Shown here: positions 63,566 to 64,000 of the stretch, piece by piece
Layout of the letters: each line of letters starts with the position of its first letter
How positions within the stretch are numbered: position 1 is the first letter of the stretch
Assembly: GCF_006345805.1 (NCBI RefSeq)
Contig: NC_043002.1
Span: 86,552,001-86,616,000 of the forward strand
DNA: 64,000 bases
Source of the DNA: Octopus sinensis
Taxonomy: Eukaryota
Direction of reading: 5' to 3'
The notes under the pieces: generated by a model
Seen by the model: the letters and a program-made list of their open reading frames with translations, nothing else
Database searches by the model: none
Told to the model about the DNA's origin: nothing
Translations under genes and position numbers: made by a program

Positions 63566-64000
63566 GGCTGCCCGACAATTATGACACGTGATTTAACATT
63601 CAGTAAAGACAGCATCGATCGAATATCAACATTACACAATTGTGCGCCATGCTTTCGTACTGAATTCAAAATAAGGCGTTTTTATCTTCTGCAATTTATT
63701 ATTCCATTCATATCTAAGATGCAAAAAAGGAATGTAAATCGACTTTTGTACTGGACTGATTACTTTATATTATCGATTTTCGTAAGAATGAAAATTGATC
63801 TCACCCCGTCTGAACTCAGTATGTAAAGAGTTGATCTAAATACCTCCAGTTTTAGTCAGGGCTAGTATACGAGTATTCGGAGAGTGAATGTAGTCGATTA
63901 GACTGACCTCATTATTCTGCTGGGACATATTTGTAGACCCAACCATCACATAAATAAAAGGCACGATTTGAACACAGAAGGAAAATGTCATAACAATACA

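Larger units (their letters stand above)
61150..64000. promoter_or_regulatory. CpG-retaining 5' region/promoter of SNX6
   Basis: By eye about 12 CG in 61201-61500 against 0-3 per 300 bp in 59701-60300; surrounds exons 1-2; E-box CACGTG at 63585-63590. Confidence 0.5.

Overview
AT-rich, repeat-dense eukaryotic genomic DNA. The SINE, RTE and Helitron repertoire and the (TA)n/(CA)n density point to a coleoid cephalopod, most likely Octopus (inference). One protein-coding gene spans most of the window on the minus strand: a 14-exon SNX5/6-family sorting nexin (PX + BAR). Its CDS runs from ATG at 63565 to TAA at 12049; all 13 introns are GT-AG and the exons sum to 1221 nt (406 aa + stop). Introns and downstream DNA hold tRNA-derived SINEs of several families, RTE, CR1 and R4/Dong-like LINE fragments, a decayed mariner, Helitron-like elements and MITEs. 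No CRISPR array, rRNA or true tRNA gene was found, and I see no evidence of a new multi-gene system. The most notable observations are: a hammerhead-ribozyme-like core closed by a 20-bp inverted repeat inside a Penelope-like insert (2777-3095); two tail-to-tail RTE pairs, one a spacer-less palindrome in intron 2; a young RTE with an about 60-bp flanking duplication; an 8-bp-TSD MITE carrying telomere-like repeats; and a canonical G-quadruplex behind the only splice donor lacking +5 G. Repeat boundaries are read by eye and are approximate unless termini or TSDs are quoted.
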